Below, piece after piece: positions 62,768 to 64,000 of a stretch of 64,000 nucleotides of DNA. A model generated the notes under the pieces. The model was not told where the DNA came from. It made no database searches and saw only the letters and a list, made by a program, of their open reading frames with translations. The position numbers were made by a program, and so were the translations under genes. Source of the DNA: Alphaproteobacteria bacterium (GTDB lineage Bacteria; Pseudomonadota; Alphaproteobacteria; UBA828); contig CBDCRW010000001.1 in NCBI GenBank assembly GCA_965221125.1, forward strand, positions 8,972 to 72,971, read 5' to 3'. Position 1 is the stretch's first letter. The number at the start of each line of letters is the position of its first letter.

Positions 62768-64000
62768 TCACCTCACCTGCACCTTGACGCCGGGTCCGAT
62801 CTCGGGGAAGCGGGTGGTGGCGACGCGCTCGCCGTCGGCGATCCCGCCCGAGACCACCACGTCGTTGCCGACACGCGCCAGCAGCGCCACAGGGCGGGGC
62901 TCGAGCCGGCCCTCGACCACGGCGTAGACCGTGTCGCCCCCCACCAGCGCCGTCTCCGGCAGCCGCGCCGCGGCCCGGTACACACGGTCCGGGATGCGAA
63001 CCTCGACGAAGGCGCCGGGACGCAGCGGCACGCGTGCGCCCGCGTCCTCGATCCGCGCATAGACCCGCACACCGCCGCTCGCCGCGTCCACCTCGCCGTC
63101 GGCCCGCTGGATCACCGCACGGAAGGGGAAGTTGCGCTCGCCCGCACGCCACGTCACCTCTACGGGCCGGCCGCGCAGACCGGTGGGAGAGGAGACGAGC
63201 CGGCCATAGTCCCCGTCGCTGAGCTGGATGCGGATGTCGAGGCGCGCCTGGTCCAGCAGACGCACGACACGGTCGTTCACGCCGAGCCGCTTGCCCAATG
63301 CCGCCGAGACGTCCGTCAGGTAGCCGTCGAAGGGCGCGATCAGCCGCGTGTTCTCGAGGTCGCGCTCCGCCCGCTCCAGCGCCACTCTGCTCCGCGCGAT
63401 CACCGCATCCTGGCGCGCGAGCCGCGCCCGCAGGCCCGCCGCACGCCGCTCCGTCGCCGCCACCGCCCGCGCCCGCTCGCTGCGCCGCACCAGCGCGTCG
63501 TCGACCGTCTTCTGCGCCGCCGTCCCCTTGGCGAGAAGCGCCTCGCGCCGCGCAAGCTCGCGCTCCGCCAGCGCAAGCTGGGTGCGGTCCTCCGCCAGGC
63601 CCGACTCCTCCGCCCCGAGCTCGGCCCCGGTCTCCGCCAGCTGCGCCCGCGCCTCCGCGAGCGCTGCCTCCGCCTCCGTCACCGCAGCGCGGTACTCGAA
63701 GGGGTCGATCTCCACCAGCAAGTCGCCGGCGCGGACCGTGCCGCCGTTCACGAAGTTCTCGCCCACCGCCACGACAGGGCCGGCGACCAGCGCGCGCAGC
63801 TCCACGTCGCGCTGCGCCACCACCTCGCCGTAGGCCGAGATGGAGGGCTGGACGTCCAGGATCGCCACCGTCGCCGCAGCGATGGGGCGCGCGCGTTCCT
63901 CGAACCCCGTGCGCTCGATCTCGGGCTTCGTCGCACGCAGGTAGCCGACCGCCAGCACCGCACACACCAGCGTCAGCAGCGGAAGCGCGATCTTCAGAAA
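62768..64000 (-). CDS. RND efflux periplasmic adaptor (membrane fusion protein), 5' end probably beyond the window
   Basis: It has a lipoyl/hairpin architecture, with a coiled-coil hairpin (AAVTEAEAALAEARAQLAE...ALAERELARREAL). The frame stays open to nt 64000 (FLKIALPLLTLVCAVLAVGYL, a membrane anchor). Confidence 0.8.
   Translation of the reverse strand, partial: FLKIALPLLTLVCAVLAVGYLRATKPEIERTGFEERARPIAAATVAILDVQPSISAYGEVVAQRDVELRALVAGPVVAVGENFVNGGTVRAGDLLVEIDPFEYRAAVTEAEAALAEARAQLAETGAELGAEESGLAEDRTQLALAERELARREALLAKGTAAQKTVDDALVRRSERARAVAATERRAAGLRARLARQDAVIARSRVALERAERDLENTRLIAPFDGYLTDVSAALGKRLGVNDRVVRLLDQARLDIRIQLSDGDYGRLVSSPTGLRGRPVEVTWRAGERNFPFRAVIQRADGEVDAASGGVRVYARIEDAGARVPLRPGAFVEVRIPDRVYRAAARLPETALVGGDTVYAVVEGRLEPRPVALLARVGNDVVVSGGIADGERVATTRFPEIGPGVKVQVR

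Overview
High-GC bacterial chromosomal segment: hand counts of typical 60-nt lines give about 70% G+C. Coding density is very high. Gene content and synteny fit a free-living alphaproteobacterium (gltD upstream of gltB, trpD-trpC-moaC-moeA, many ABC importers, two CoxMSL-type molybdenum hydroxylase loci). No database search was possible, so every family call rests on motif recognition in the translations. I call 53 CDS, 1 frameshifted pseudogene, tRNA-Ser(GCU), 1 clear intrinsic terminator and 1 tandem-repeat array. Many long ORFs in the supplied track are antisense or read-through artefacts of GC-rich DNA and were trimmed or discarded. Layout: 0-7.5 kb housekeeping (gltBD, uppP, RNase D-like, PurM-like). 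7.6-16.4 kb Mo-hydroxylase locus 1 divergent from a HAAT-type ABC importer. 16.5-21.2 kb 3-hydroxyacyl-CoA dehydrogenase translationally coupled to a 1238-aa exported FG-GAP/UnbV + haloperoxidase-like fusion protein. 21.3-24.5 kb enolase-superfamily enzyme, YcaQ/AlkZ-like protein, nitroreductase. 24.6-33 kb Dpp-type peptide ABC operon with an embedded Cys-Ntn hydrolase, a lysine-free unknown protein and a frameshifted alpha/beta hydrolase. 33-38.3 kb yggS, thiE-like, moeA, moaC, trpC, trpD, tRNA-Ser. 38.4-44.1 kb SnoaL-like protein, class III aminotransferase and a four-gene Mo-hydroxylase with a split molybdopterin subunit. 44.2-47.1 kb orphan KpsT/Wzt-like ATPase plus a lower-GC gene in which about 20 tandem 21-bp repeats encode an acid-free Arg/Lys heptad array ahead of TPR-like and GT2 domains; this is the most unusual element and I do not recognise it. 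47.2-54.6 kb NCS2 permease with an extra C-terminal domain, OsmC and a BMP-type nucleoside ABC importer. 54.7-64 kb GST, DMFase-like protein, tandem DUF1330, CoA-transferase and an RND efflux pair. I found no mobile elements, CRISPR, rRNA or recognisable defence genes, and no obvious transcription-factor gene anywhere in the 64 kb.
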